NCBI GenBank assembly: GCA_043228905.1
Contig: JBHGNT010000020.1
Location: 10,788,001 to 10,852,000, forward strand
Source: Azolla caroliniana
Lineage: Eukaryota; Plantae; Polypodiophyta
Reading direction: 5' to 3'
Length of the DNA: 64,000 nt
The notes below the pieces were generated by a model. The model saw only the letters and a list, made by a program, of their open reading frames with translations, was not told the DNA's origin and made no database searches. Numbering within the stretch: position 1 is the stretch's first letter; the number at the start of each line of letters is the position of its first letter. Below are positions 36,501-49,544 of this stretch, in pieces. The position numbers and the translations under genes are program-made.

Positions 36501-38051
36501 GAGTCTATGCCTATTTGTTGTAATTATTTTTTGTGGGATTTCACCTTGTTGGAGTTCCCACCAGTAATATAATGTATTACAAAGAAAAGTAAGTTTCTTA
36601 TGTTTAAATGAGCGAGCTTCAGAAAATGATAGCCCAATATGTTGCAGGCTATCAATGTGATCACATCTTTGATTGGACCATCATTAAGTATCAACAATTG
36701 CATGCAGGTTCTGCTCCGCCTAGAAACCTAGTATGTGGAAGTAGAAGATCTATCTTGAAAATCTTGTTTATGTCTCCCATATGTTATGTCAATGGTATAG
36801 ATTATGAAATTGGTGAGGATTTTTGCAGGTCCAACAAGAATGTACAACTAGTGGAGGAACAAGTGCTGCAGCTGCTGCCCATACATCTGACTCTACATCT
36901 GCATCCAAATCAAGTATGATAAGAACTAAAATTTATGAATTGCTTTCAATTAAGTATAATCGAAACAATCATGCCTCACTTGACTTATAATAAGGAAAAT
37001 ACAAAAAACTGCAAAATTCATCCGAGTTTTTGTATATTTCTCCAATCTTTTAGGGGTCAACCAAGGGCGTTTAGGGAAATAATGAAAACTCAAGGGCATT
37101 TGGGGAAATAAAGAAAAACTGAAGGGTAGTTTGGAGTTTTTCCCTGAGGAATGTGGCATGAGCATGGTTTGTTGGTTTCGAGTTCAGGATTCTTCACTTT
37201 GGATATGTTAGTCTCAAATCCAATGTATTGTGATTTTATGATGTATCCTTGTACTTATTTGCAGAACCAAATGAGGAACCGCAGACTTGTGAGAAATCTG
37301 AAGTGACACCCACTGGTGCTAAGCATAGAAATTTTGCCCCAGTTGCTGATGATGAAGATGGTGATAACTGTGCAGTAAGTGGCATGGTGAGTTTCCCATT
37401 TACATTTGTAAGGTAAATATGTATTTGGTAGTATTTGTTTATGAGATTGATGGTGGCGGTTGCCACTGTACTTGCAGCTGTTATAAATGATATGAATATC
37501 TAAAATGATGAGTTTTGAAGATAGAAATTTGTGATGAAGATTAAACTAGAATCCTAGTACTATCTAATGGCTCTTTACACGAAAGTTCTTTTATTAGAAA
37601 AGGTATCCTACAGGATACTATGTGCATGTTCTTTACAAAGTTTTTTCTGTATATAGGTAAGGTTGAATGGAAAAGAGTAGAGGGATCGTGGATGAAGAGC
37701 ATGGGTCAGTATTTTGATAGTTGGTTTCTATGCTTTAGATAAAATAGTAAATTTGAAACTGTTACTATTTTACTATAGACTTTCTACTTGATTTGACAAT
37801 GGTATGTTTGGAGTCTTAACCTTTGAGTGGAGACTGATCCCATATTATAATAAAACACTAGTGTTTTATAAATAAGTAACATGGATACACACCCAACATA
37901 GAAATAAGTAGCATGGTAAAGTAAAAACAAAATGAGTATCATGGATACTTTGCCCAACAAAGAGAACAAACTAAGTATCATGGTTACAGCCATCATAATT
38001 TGACTATTCTACGTGTTTGTATTTGTTGTGGTTCAGGTCTATATGCGATAG
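33547..38051 (+). CDS. CK1: Casein kinase 1 (CKL) family protein, about 14 exons
   Basis: Exons 33547-33622, 34192-34232, 34468-34540, 35319-35467, 35567-35662, 35741-35811, 35930-35991, 36083-36146, 36219-36303, 36372-36498, 36648-36730, 36829-36913, 37265-37386 and 38037-38051. Motifs [51 protein letters not shown] and LPWQG. The last exons are tentative. Confidence 0.92.
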
Positions 38052-40920
38052 GATAGGTGCTTTCGGGAACATGGGAAGAACCTGTAGAGAGCTTCACGGA
38101 AATGATATAGTGACACTGAAACTATTGTTGTTTAGAAGGCCTCACGATGCAGATGCCCGCGTTATACACCAGTTGGTATCCAGAAAGAATGGGCTGCATC
38201 TTTATTTAAGTTTTCAGTGTGGTAATTGTATCATAACATAGTTTTTGCCCAAACGAAGTCTTTTTATTTGGCTTTGCTTGAAAAATTCCACACATTGTGG
38301 ATGCCAGCATGGATTAGGGCATTTTTCATGTGTATAGTAGGTTCTTCGTTTGGATGGAAAAATTGGAGTATTTTAGCTATGCAAAGTAATGGCTGAACGG
38401 AGAACCAGAATTAGCAAGAAATCAAATGATATACAGCTAGCTGGAAGTAAAGATAATTGATGTGAACATTGCTACTTCGAGTAGCTTGATCTTTCATGAA
38501 TTTTATTTGCTGCATCCTTGGCAAAATTTACAGGTGAAAGGATATTTTTCAAGTACCTATAAACCAGATATGCTTCTCTTTCCAGATTGACACATATTTA
38601 TACTGTTCTATTGGGGAGCCTTAAAATTGCACTAAGGTATGTGTACATCTCTTTACAAAAGAAAAGAAAATGAACGTGGATTAGTTTTCCAGTTATCACT
38701 CGGGCAATTGTGTAAATTCTTTGCATGCAATTTGGACAATGATTTTATGGGACAAGTGTACGCCTCAGAAATGGGTTCCAAGGTTCCTCTTCTCAATATC
38801 TTTATCTAAGAAAGCATTTTTACCACCGACAGGTTCAACAATAATGATAGTATCTTTATCAAATGTGATATTGGGTGCCAACAGTGCAAAAGTCTGTTCA
38901 CTTGATTGAAGCATGTTGCCAGATAAAACCTCAAGAAACTTGGAATGTAAGGTGTTGGTGGGTGTCTTTCTCTATACATTTGTTGCATGGGAGTGAAAGA
39001 AACTATTTGAGTTTTCTTTGGTGTATTATACTATTATTATGAGCATAAACATGTACCTCCAACTTCTCTTATTTATAGGATTTGTAGCGAGTAGTTTATA
39101 TTGTAGGTGAACTAACCTCACATCTCTTGGTATGTTTACATTTGGGCATGATTCAAATGTAGCAGAAATGATTAACATAAGAATAATTCGTAGTTCTATA
39201 TTTGAAGAGAAACTATATAGATTTAGCATGAGTTAACCCTTTGATAAAGCTCCAATGATTGATTGTAATGAGGTTGAATCAAACCCTCGTCTTTGTGTGA
39301 GCTCGAGTGTTTTAAGTACATAGCTTGAATAGAAGTGATCATTATAGGCACTTGTATGTCATGTCAACAACGCAAACTCACACATTTATGTGTAATAAAT
39401 AAGGTTTCACATTCTTTTGAAATGGTCCTAAAAATTTCCATAAATGTGTTTCAAAATGCTTGAGGTTATTAAGCATTATACATTAAGGTATGGACACTAA
39501 AACATCACATTGTCCTCAAATATTGTGTGCCATCCATTTATTATCTCAATGGTAGGTGCATGTTGAGACTCACATGGAGTATTATTATATAGCCATATTA
39601 CTAGGTTTGCCTAGTCTTACTGTATAGCCGTATTGCTTTGTAAGGTTTCCTATTAGATGATGTCTCATATTGCTATATATTGTTTTGATAGGAAGACTTC
39701 TTTTGGATGCGGAAATTGATCGACTTTTGTAAAAATGATGTCTAATGTTTACACTGTGCAGAATTAAACATGACCATGTCTACAAAGCAAATGTACCCCT
39801 GAGTTTGAGCTTTATCTATTTCCTCTCCTGGGGCAGATTTTGATGTAAAGGTTGCTACAATGTTTGATGTACCCTTCGGTTTTGGGGTGAAGGTTCAAAC
39901 TTCAAACATACTAGAATTTTGTTCTTTGATGAACAAAGGATACATGATACTTATTTTATTTAATACTATGTGGTAAGTCTCCTTTCCAAGGTTAAGACTC
40001 CAAATATGCCATCGTTAAAACATCAAATTTGTTTGAATACATGCTTTGTGTATAGTACATGTGAAAGGAAATAGAATTGGAGTACTTGAAAAGACTCTTG
40101 TTGACATATCTAATGTTTGTCTCTTTTGTAAGTTCATTCTACATGACATTCCTCAACTTTGATGATTCATGTTTGTCTTTCGATAACCACCTTTCCTTCT
40201 TTCTCTCTATCGACCTAGTTTTTTTATGCATATCTTGGTGGATTATTAATCTTTACTTATCTTAGGGGGTGGGGGTGTATTTCAAAGGTTTTTCATGATA
40301 ATTGATCAAATATACACTTCAAGCTATTAATATTTTGTTGAGTCAGCCATTTTACAGATCAAGTATAGCTTGGCAATGAATCAAGATGAGTAACAATTGA
40401 GCACCGTCATTTCTAAACTTTCAACTTGTATCTAAATAAACAATGTGGAAAAACTACCAAAATAGCTGCATCACCATTCATCTGTAAAATGCCCTATGTA
40501 TTTAACAAGTAGCTACACAAGTGTAAATATCCATCTAATTGATCCATAGGATATTATACAATATATCTTATGTAAGTCCCATCAAAGACTCTTTTTTATC
40601 ATATCAACCAATCAAAAAATAGGAAAGTTTTATGCAAATTTCCATAAAAATTCCATACAAACCTGCTTGTGTAGTGAAACAAAAACATTTTCACCTCATT
40701 AGATAAGATAAATAGTTTGAGCATGGTTTTTCTCTCTATATTCATCACAAATAATATTACACATCATACCTTGTGTTCAATGAGGCAGAGGTGCATTGAC
40801 ATTTATGATTGGATCTCAATTGTCTGTGTATATACGCAACACAAGAACCATCAAAACACCTTTCCATTACAATCCTATAGATAATCGGCCATCAAGGTTT
40901 GTTCTCGTCATGAGAAACGT

Positions 40921-41152
40921 CCTGTTTTGCCAAAAATCGGTGATTGGGATGCTTCTAATGCAAAATCTGGGGAAGGCTTAACAGTTATTTTTAGACCATG
41001 ATATAAACTATGGTTTTTGCATCAACTTAGCCAGGCCTGTTTTGCCAAAAATCGGTGATTGGGATGCTTCTAATGCAAAATCTGGGGAAGGCTTTACAGT
41101 TATTTTTAGACCATGATATAAACTATGGTTTTTGCATCAACTTAGCCAGGCC
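40921..41152. repeat. 115-bp tandem duplication
   Basis: CCTGTTTTGCCAAAAATCGG...TTAGCCAGG occurs twice, near-identical. Confidence 0.9.
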
Positions 41153-41711
41153 ACCTTGCACTTTCTTTCATGTATGAGGCTTGGTTCTGCAGAGTATCTT
41201 TACATGGTTTAATGCATTACTTTCCTTATGAAATACAAGTATCACGTTTGGCCAATCATGATCTTCAAAGATTACCTCCTTTAAGTGGCTTGGGCATTAA
41301 TTTCCTCACGAGAAATCTCCTTTTGCCAATCATGATTCTTTTAATCGGATCATGTTGCAAAAAGTTAGCTTTGTTTTAAACGGCTTAGTTTACATTAGAT
41401 TTACTGTGGAGAATCCTGCATTGGTCCCCCTAGTGCCTCAATGATTTATAGTTTCTGCTGAATGAAGAAGATTTGACGTTGGTTCAAAACTCAACCTTTA
41501 CTGCTCAAATAGGAACTGATGGAAACATTGTTCACTAATTAGTGCACGCAAAGAGGTTTGCTTGACAAACTCAAGTTTCAGTTTCAATAGACTTAATACA
41601 TGGTATTGCTCAATCCTCACCAATATAAATACGATTGCACCATCAGATGTGACATTAATTTCAATTCATTCAGTGACAAAGCATCCAATTATCCTCAATG
41701 CACGATACTGT

Positions 41712-44276
41712 TCATATGCAATTGCCATTCAAACACAAACCATCTTTGAAGTGATGCACACAATATTCATCACTAACTATGATATGTCGTTTCTCGATTC
41801 TGGATAGTATCTTACTAGCACTATGGCAATCATTACACATTCTCAAATTCTTCGAAACTCTTATTGTGGAGCCTGATGGCAAAGAAAGAAGGCCAAAAGC
41901 TACAGCCAGCTTCTCAGAATGTCCACATAATGCATCTTCTTTATCTTGTATTGCCATTGGCTCAAAGACCAAGTCTGTTTCTGGCACATAACCTTCCTCC
42001 TCCATCGGTTCTCTCAAACCATCCAGAAATGCATAGATCTTCTCATGTTCTGGATGGGTCTTGTCACCAGCAACAAACTCATGTATCTTGTTATTAACCT
42101 CAATCCATGCCTTTCCAGGCTTTCTCCATGCATTAGCACACCTCCGCAGCTCTTGTATCTCTGGAATGCATTTCCACATTTTGGAATGTGCATAAATTTG
42201 CATCATTATTTGATAACCAGTTGCAGTGGTTGAATCCAACCGAACAACTTGATCAAAGCATCGTCTTCCTAGTTTCACATTTCTATACTTTCTACATCCA
42301 GTGAGCAAAGACATCCAACATTTCCCATCAGGTGGGATGGGCATAATTTCAAGAAACTCTTCAGCCTCATATAAATAGCCACCACGGGCTAGAAGGTCAA
42401 CCATGCACCCAAAGTGCTCAATTGTGGGTTTCACATGACTGTCTCTCATACATATGAAATACTTTTGCCCTTCCTCGACTTTAGCAGCATGGCTACATGC
42501 AGTAATAATACTAGTATAAATCATTTCATTTGGCTTTATGCCTAGTTCCTCCATGTTTTCGAAAGTTCTCTTCGCGAGGCTGAAATCACCATTTAAGGCA
42601 TAGCCTTTGATCATTGCACCCCAGGATGCTATTCCTGAATGTGGCCAAGCATTAAGAACTTTCTGAGCTTGATCTACATTTCCACATCTTGCATACATAT
42701 CAATGATGGTGCTGATCATCATCATATCAACCTGACCACTTTCAGTTGCTTGGTCATGTATGTCCTTGCCCCTGTGGAGAGCTCCTAGAGAGCCACATGC
42801 TTTCAGAGCACATGAAAATGTAGCAATATCTGGCTTAATTCCTTCCTTTTCCATATTCTCAAACATTTCAAGAGCACATACATTGTCTTCATGTTGAATA
42901 TACCCTGCCATGATAGCTCCCCATGAGACAACATCATAATATGGAAGTTTCTGGAAGTGTCTACGTGCTTCATTCAAATCACCACATTTAGCATACATAT
43001 CAATAAGAGCACTACTGACATGAATATTTAATTCAAGTCCGCTTTCAATTGCCTGACGATGAATGTTCACCCCATGCTTTGAAGCTCCAATCATACCACA
43101 TGCTTTGAAGGCGCACATAAAGGTGATCCTATCAGGTTTTAATCCTTCAAGATACATTTCTTCAAACAGTGAGAGGGCTGAGGCACCATATCCATTCTTA
43201 ACGTAAGCTCCCAGCATTGTATTCCAACAAACAACGTTGCGAACATGTAATTCCTCGAAAACTCGGTTGGCCTCATCCAATCGATTGCACTCGGCATAAG
43301 CATCCACTAATGCACTCCCCATAAACACATCAAAATCTATTCTTCCAAGTAGTATGTGGTTATGAATCATCCTTGTATGATCTATATCTCCTATTTTTCC
43401 ACACGCTTTTAGGAGCGAAGTGAAAATAAAGGTATTGGGTTCAATGCCAGCCTGTTTCATTTCATAGAACATAGAAAAAGCTAGGGCATTCTCCCCAAGC
43501 GTAACACATCCTGAAATGATGAAGTGCCATGAATGAATTGTAGGTTTGTTCATTCGATGGAAAACAATGATTGCTTCCGTTAAGCTTTTGCATGATATAA
43601 AGAGACGGACAAGATAATTACCTAGGTATGAAATGATGTCCAGGCCATTGCTAATCATGAACAAAAGCACTTGGCGGCCACAAATAATATGTGACGAATC
43701 TATACACTTTTGTAAAAGGGAGCAAATAACATCTTCATGAAGAAACATATCTTCCTTATACAGAAACCATAGCCACTGATGAACCCTGTCTAAGCTTTCT
43801 TCTTTGCATATATTTAGTCGCAAATGACAAACATCAAGATTAGTGGTATGTTTAGAAGGAGGACATCTATTATCAAGATTAGTGGTACGTTGTGAAGGAG
43901 GACATCCGTTGTCAAGATTTGTAATATGTTGTACAGGAGGCCATGCATTAACATCAAGGTACATGGTATATTGCAAAGGAGGCCATGCGTTAACATCAAG
44001 GTTTTTGGTGTGTTGTGAAGGAGGCCATGAGTGAATATCAAAATTTGTAAATTTTTGTGAAGGAGGAGGACACAAATCATCAAAATTTGTGGTCTTCAGT
44101 AGAGGACATACATATTCCGATTTTCTGGTATTTTGTGAAGAATATACATGCTGAAAGTTAGTAGTACGCTGTAAAATATGAGGGCATACATCATCCAAAT
44201 ATATGGTATTTTGTGAAGAGGAACTTATATATTCAAAATTTCTGGCAGGGTGTGATGGATGCCATTGCCAATTCAT
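41712..44276 (-). CDS. PLS-class PPR protein with E domains and DYW (KP-like) deaminase domain; putative organellar RNA-editing factor
   Basis: 854-aa uninterrupted ORF with PPR motifs (VVCWNTML...ITFMCAFKAC, ALIDMYAKCG), KPGKAWIEV, HSEKLAVAFGL, KNLRMCNDCH and HHFKDG. Confidence 0.95.
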   Translation of the reverse strand: MNWQWHPSHPARNFEYISSSSQNTIYLDDVCPHILQRTTNFQHVYSSQNTRKSEYVCPLLKTTNFDDLCPPPSQKFTNFDIHSWPPSQHTKNLDVNAWPPLQYTMYLDVNAWPPVQHITNLDNGCPPSQRTTNLDNRCPPSKHTTNLDVCHLRLNICKEESLDRVHQWLWFLYKEDMFLHEDVICSLLQKCIDSSHIICGRQVLLFMISNGLDIISYLGNYLVRLFISCKSLTEAIIVFHRMNKPTIHSWHFIISGCVTLGENALAFSMFYEMKQAGIEPNTFIFTSLLKACGKIGDIDHTRMIHNHILLGRIDFDVFMGSALVDAYAECNRLDEANRVFEELHVRNVVCWNTMLGAYVKNGYGASALSLFEEMYLEGLKPDRITFMCAFKACGMIGASKHGVNIHRQAIESGLELNIHVSSALIDMYAKCGDLNEARRHFQKLPYYDVVSWGAIMAGYIQHEDNVCALEMFENMEKEGIKPDIATFSCALKACGSLGALHRGKDIHDQATESGQVDMMMISTIIDMYARCGNVDQAQKVLNAWPHSGIASWGAMIKGYALNGDFSLAKRTFENMEELGIKPNEMIYTSIITACSHAAKVEEGQKYFICMRDSHVKPTIEHFGCMVDLLARGGYLYEAEEFLEIMPIPPDGKCWMSLLTGCRKYRNVKLGRRCFDQVVRLDSTTATGYQIMMQIYAHSKMWKCIPEIQELRRCANAWRKPGKAWIEVNNKIHEFVAGDKTHPEHEKIYAFLDGLREPMEEEGYVPETDLVFEPMAIQDKEDALCGHSEKLAVAFGLLSLPSGSTIRVSKNLRMCNDCHSASKILSRIEKRHIIVSDEYCVHHFKDGLCLNGNCI

Positions 44277-44461
44277 TGCACTGTTTGCCTGTGCCCAGCT
44301 CTGAACAGCAGATGATAGATAAAGGGCGACTTTCTAAATCAACATCTTATCGAACTCAAACAAAGGTTCAACGCTACTTGGATCGGAAGTACATACCTTG
44401 TAGGCGACATGGCGAGGAAGCTTCAACACATCTGTGACAGAGTTCTTTCTTATGGGAAGGG

Positions 44462-44502
44462 CTAGGGTTAGGGTTAGGGTTAGGGTTAGGGTTAGGGTTG
44501 GG
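44462..44502. repeat. Interstitial (TTAGGG)5 tract
   Basis: CTAGGG(TTAGGG)5TTGGG. Confidence 0.9.
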
Positions 44503-44614
44503 CAAAGCCATGGGGGGTGGTCGATTGACATTCTTTCGTTTCTGCTCTGTTACAATCCGATGAGATATGGAAATACTTCTGTCATCAGCGGAAGGTCGTG
44601 GGTTCAAATCCCTG

Positions 44615-44870
44615 CACACACATACAAATGTGTATATGTGTATCATGTATGTATATACCGTATACGCTCACATATAACGTGTATATATGTATGTATATAC
44701 CGTATACGCTCACATATAACGTGTATATATGTATGTATATACTACGTATACATACATTATTACATTTATGTATGTGTATCTATATATATATACATATGTC
44801 CGTATATATATATTGTATATACGTGTATATATATATGTATGTGTATGTAATATATATGTATATATACCAC
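44615..44870. repeat. TA/TG-rich low-complexity tract with a 42-bp duplication
   Basis: ATGTATGTATATACCGTATACGCTCACATATAACGTGTATAT occurs twice. Confidence 0.8.
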
Positions 44871-46414
44871 GATGCGGAATCATGCTAGATAGAATATTCC
44901 ACATCATCGGTCCTTGAACGGGCCAAGAGAATACATATACCAACATGTCTCTTCGTAGAATTGGCCAGAGATAATATACCACATCGTCACGTCCCCTGAA
45001 GGAACGAAATTGAGCTCATTCTGCCATAAATTTGAGAGAACCCAAGTCCTGCCTTCTTACCATGGGCTAAAGCCCTAGGCCTTGTTTCATGTCTGCCCTG
45101 CACATGAAAAAGATATCTATTTGTCTAACTATCTGTCCCTCTCTAGAAGAGTATTGTATCAAAAACAACCGTGGATGCAAATCCATAGGAACATTTGTTG
45201 AATGTCACACATAACGCATCGGTTGCATGTGTCTCATATGAGGGGGGAGGATATACTATATATTGGTGTCATGGGAAAATCTTTAGAACCCAAGAGCATC
45301 CACATTGCGTCATTTAGCTATTGCCATAGCTTCTTAGTTATTGCCTCTTGATGTTGAGTCGTAATCTTTTGCTGACCTTCATCCAATCTTTGTTTTTATC
45401 ATTTGGCCAATTTATTTATTGTTGACCATTGTTTTTGTATGGTCAAATGATTGGTCGATTCGTGGCACAATCCTTTGCTTACATTTTTGCCACATTTGAG
45501 GAGCATATGCTACGTTCGTGTTATACAATTCCATCATATCATGCTACATTAAGATGTTTGTTGTACATTTTTACAAAATGTGATATGATATCACTAGTAA
45601 ATATGTTGAAGTGGGGATATTTCACTTTGGAATAACATTAATATACAATTATACCATCTCATACGAAAGAATGGGAACCAACTATACCCACCTTATGATG
45701 TGATCAAATTGCTTTTAATGTCAACTCAAAGGTGGGACATACATCACTCATTACAAACACAAGACAATTAACCAATGTTAAAACAATATAAAGTGTGACC
45801 TCGACCAATATTGAGCATATGAGGGCAATGCACTCTTGCATATTGAAGGTGTGTAGATCAAAGGTTCCACACCCACAAATGCAGATGATAAAGGCATGTC
45901 ACAGATGTGATGTGCTAACGTCTAATGTATTGCATTTGGTTGTACATGAAATTGGTAGTGAGCACCTTCATAAGTAGTTGATATTTGAAACACACATCAT
46001 ATGTCATCCAAGTAAGCAAAACTAGAGCATGCAATTTAGAACAACAAATTTAGGATGTGTGTTGGGACCCAATTCCTAAGAAATGAACAAAAGCCATCTT
46101 ACAACTAAGGTGAGAAACCTTCTTAAGGTAAAATAGATAGGCATGTGTTTGTTCCAAAGCAACTCTATGAAAGGTGACCTACTAGTCTGAGCCTTTTTTC
46201 AAGGACTTCAAGACAATCCATGTGGAATGCATGGAAGCCAATATAAGAAATAAAGTACTCTCAACTAACAACAAAATAAAGAGAAATGAGGGTGGAAGTC
46301 TCATGACATGGTTAATTAGACTAAGAGCTACTGGAGTAGCCCATGACCAACATGATACGACGCCCTGGTTTTGATCACATTCACTATGATTTCCACACAT
46401 CTTCTACCCAACCC

Positions 46415-46565
46415 AATTGTTCCATGAATTTCTCTCATGGTCAAGTGTGCACTCTCAATAATGGACATTCATTATTAAAGTTTTTGAATATTGATGGTAC
46501 TCACTTCACATGTATTTTGTAGAAAAGTTATATTTTTGGTGTCATAGGTCACACTTGACCTCCAT
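46415..46565 (+). mobile_element. Degenerate RTE-like family B 3' end
   Basis: GTGTGCACTCTCAAT...TTTTTGGTGTCATAGGTCACACTTGACCTCC. Confidence 0.7.
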
Positions 46566-47470
46566 CTTGTAAAATCAATTGATTTTATTAGAATTTTATT
46601 GTTCGAGAAAACACTTTGCATGCTCTTGGATAAGAAATTTTGGCCTTGTGAAAACCTCTAAATTTGCATACTGTGCTCTTTAATAAGAGCAGATATAGTG
46701 CTCTTCAATGAGGTTCCCATCGAGACTCAGAAATGTCTCTACAGCAATAATACAAACCTTATCTTCACTCACTTTACACAACCATTTCTCACATAACAAT
46801 GAAAAAGAGAATCATGATATCATAGTAATCACTTATCCTAAAGCTTAAGTGCATGTAACAATTGTAATCTCAAGGAGAATCACAACCTTGGGACGATAAG
46901 GCTCCCATGCCATACAATGGAGATGTTAGGGTACAAATATTTTGCACTTGGGCTCGAGAGGATAATTTTTAGAATAGTCAAGACAACAAGAAGCCATATA
47001 AAGGACAATCAAAAGACTCTTCTCTATATATTTTGTCTTCTCTATATATTCACTTAGAAAAAACATTAGAATAGCTCATGACAACAAAGGTCATGTAAAG
47101 GAGAATAAAAAGACCTTCTCAATAAAAACCAACTTAAGAGTAGCTCATAACACGCAATGAAGAGTGATCAAGAACAACGGGGAGCAAGTTTTCCACTCTT
47201 TTTGTCACATAGAAAGGGCTCTCAGGATTTTCATTTTCTTCTAACAAAAATCCATGGGGCATTTTGTCTCATCATCCAAATACATCAAGTACCGATGATG
47301 ATGATTTACATATATACAATTGTACGTGGGTGTGTATGTGTGTGTATGTTGGTTGCGCCTCTCTTCATGAGGTTGGTGTGGATTTGATGTTTTAACTATG
47401 ATAAACTATATATGGGGATGGAAAATGATGACAAGTTCTCTAATGAAGGGTGAATGAGGAAAACATTAGA

Positions 47471-49390
47471 CTAGAAGCTAGGATTGATGTGGGAGGAATA
47501 ATCTCTGGTTCCAGCTCCTTCCCAACCCATCCATTCCTCCCAATCTTCCCACGAGTCATTGTTAATTCCCATCATACCCTCGTACATAGATTCATATCGA
47601 GACTCCGGTGCAATATTGTTTCCACGCACACGATTCATAATACTCTGCGAAATCCCCAACAAAAGCAAGAGAAGAGTTTGATGAGTCCAAATGGTTCAAG
47701 GAAATCATGTACGGAAAAAACATAAATCGTCTTTGCCAGAACGCGGTTTGCCCTCAAGCTACATCATATGTTTCTTTACACAAATTATCTACACCATATG
47801 TTTCTCTACACAAAGCTTGTATTTAAATGTGGACAAATCATCTACACCATATGTTTCTCTACACAAAGCTTGTATTTAAATGTGGACAAATCATCTACAT
47901 CATATGTTTCTCTACATAAAGCTTGTATTTACATGTGGACAAATCATCTACACCATATGTTTCTCTACACAAAGCTTGTATTTACATGTGGACAAATCAT
48001 CTACACCATATGTTTCTATACACAAAGCTTGTATTTACATGTGGACAAATCATGTACATCATATGTTTCTCTACATAAAACTTGTATTTAAATGTGGACA
48101 ATCATCTAGATTCTACACCATTATGTTTCTCTACATAAAACTTGTATTTAAATGTGGACCATCATCTACATACATCATACATTTCTCTACATAAAGCTTG
48201 TATTTAAATGTAGACATGTCCGTGCACATGCATTGATCGAGGCTTGTCTCTTAAGCATGTGGGTACAAAGCTATTAAGACATTATGCTCTACAATACCCT
48301 TAAGTTTTTCCTTTATTTTGCCCCTAAGTTCTAGTTATTTCCCTCGCGAAAATGCTCTTTATGTGGATGCTCTTTATGTGGCCTTCGATCCGACAACTAA
48401 CTAGATGTGCTTGATTCCGCCTCATTTTCTTCGGACTTTACAATGTATGTTAAATTGGAGCCAAAAAAGACCCCGATTTCACCCGTTTTTCTTCCGACTT
48501 TATAATGTATGTTAAATTGGAGCCAAAAAATTTACCGATACTGGCGAAATGGATTCTAAATTCAATTCATTCATTTCCGTGTTTCGGGAATCGGCCGGAA
48601 CTCGGTGGCAATAAGGACACTGCCAGCCGGAATCCCCCGGCGAGGTGGGGGTTTTTCAGGATTTAAGAGGGTTTATGGTTAGGGTTTATGTTCGGGTCTA
48701 AGAGGGTTTAGAGTTAGGGTTAGGGTTAGGGTTAGGGTTAGGGTTTAAGGCCTAATAGGGATTTACCAGAAAAAACAGATTTTGTATGTAACATACCTCA
48801 TAAGCTTGCTCCATCTGAATGAATGTGGCTGCACACCAGTCTTCTTTGCAAACATCAGGATGGAACTGTTTTTCCATGGAAAACAAAAACAATAAGATTT
48901 TCTGTCAGAGATTTCTTTTGATCCCATAGCCAGAAGCAAACATGATAATGACCACATCGAAAAATCCAAGAACACAAATGGTTGATTCTCTAACCAGAGA
49001 AACCATGATAGCTAGCACACTCTTAACGACCAAAAAAACAGCAGAAGTTCAGATAGCCATAGCCTAGGAACCACAGACAGAAGAAATCGTTGCTTGATTT
49101 TAGGGTAAATTTTATACCTTCAAGGCTAATTTCCGACGAGCTTTCTTGATCTCTTCTTCAGAAGCTCCCACAGGAACACCCAGAGTAGAGTAATTATGGT
49201 CATTATTCGCCATGGAGAAACGTGAAAACGAGGAAGGCGAAGAAGAGAGCGGAGGAGGAGAAAACGATGACGAAGAAGAAAACGGTGCAGAAGAAGAAGA
49301 AGGGATGCTTCTGCTTCTGTTAGAGCAGCCGCAGAAGAAGAGATGGCCAGTGTGTGTGGCGGCGAGATTATTAGCTGCAGAGGTCGCCAT
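47471..49390 (-). CDS. ATJ8: Chloroplast J-domain chaperone, DnaJ8/DJC22-like, 3 exons
   Basis: Exons 49390-49118 (Ser-rich transit peptide plus YSTLGV...EIKKARRKLALK), 48865-48797 (FHPDVC...EQAYE) and 47644-47471 (WEEWMGWEGAGTRDYSSHINP, the J8-type C-terminus). All phase 0, GT-AG. Confidence 0.9.
47765..48215. repeat. 53-bp minisatellite, about 8 copies, in DnaJ intron 2
   Basis: CATATGTTTCTCTACACAAAGCTTGTATTTAAATGTGGACAAATCATCTACAC at 47795, 47848, 47901, 47954, 48007 and 48060. Confidence 0.92.
48665..48745. repeat. Telomere-like tract: degenerate GGGTTTA units then (TTAGGG)5
   Basis: Perfect hexamers at 48714-48743. Confidence 0.85.
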
Positions 49391-49544
49391 GAAAGCCCGA
49401 ATAATTTTTCTGAGTTTATTAAATTAGAAAGGATTGTGGGAAGAAACGCCGAAGGATGAAATAATATGTCTAAGGACTCACAGATACAGAATTTTTGGGT
49501 GATAGAGAGAGTTTGCAGCGGAAGAAGAAGAAGAAGAAGAAGAA

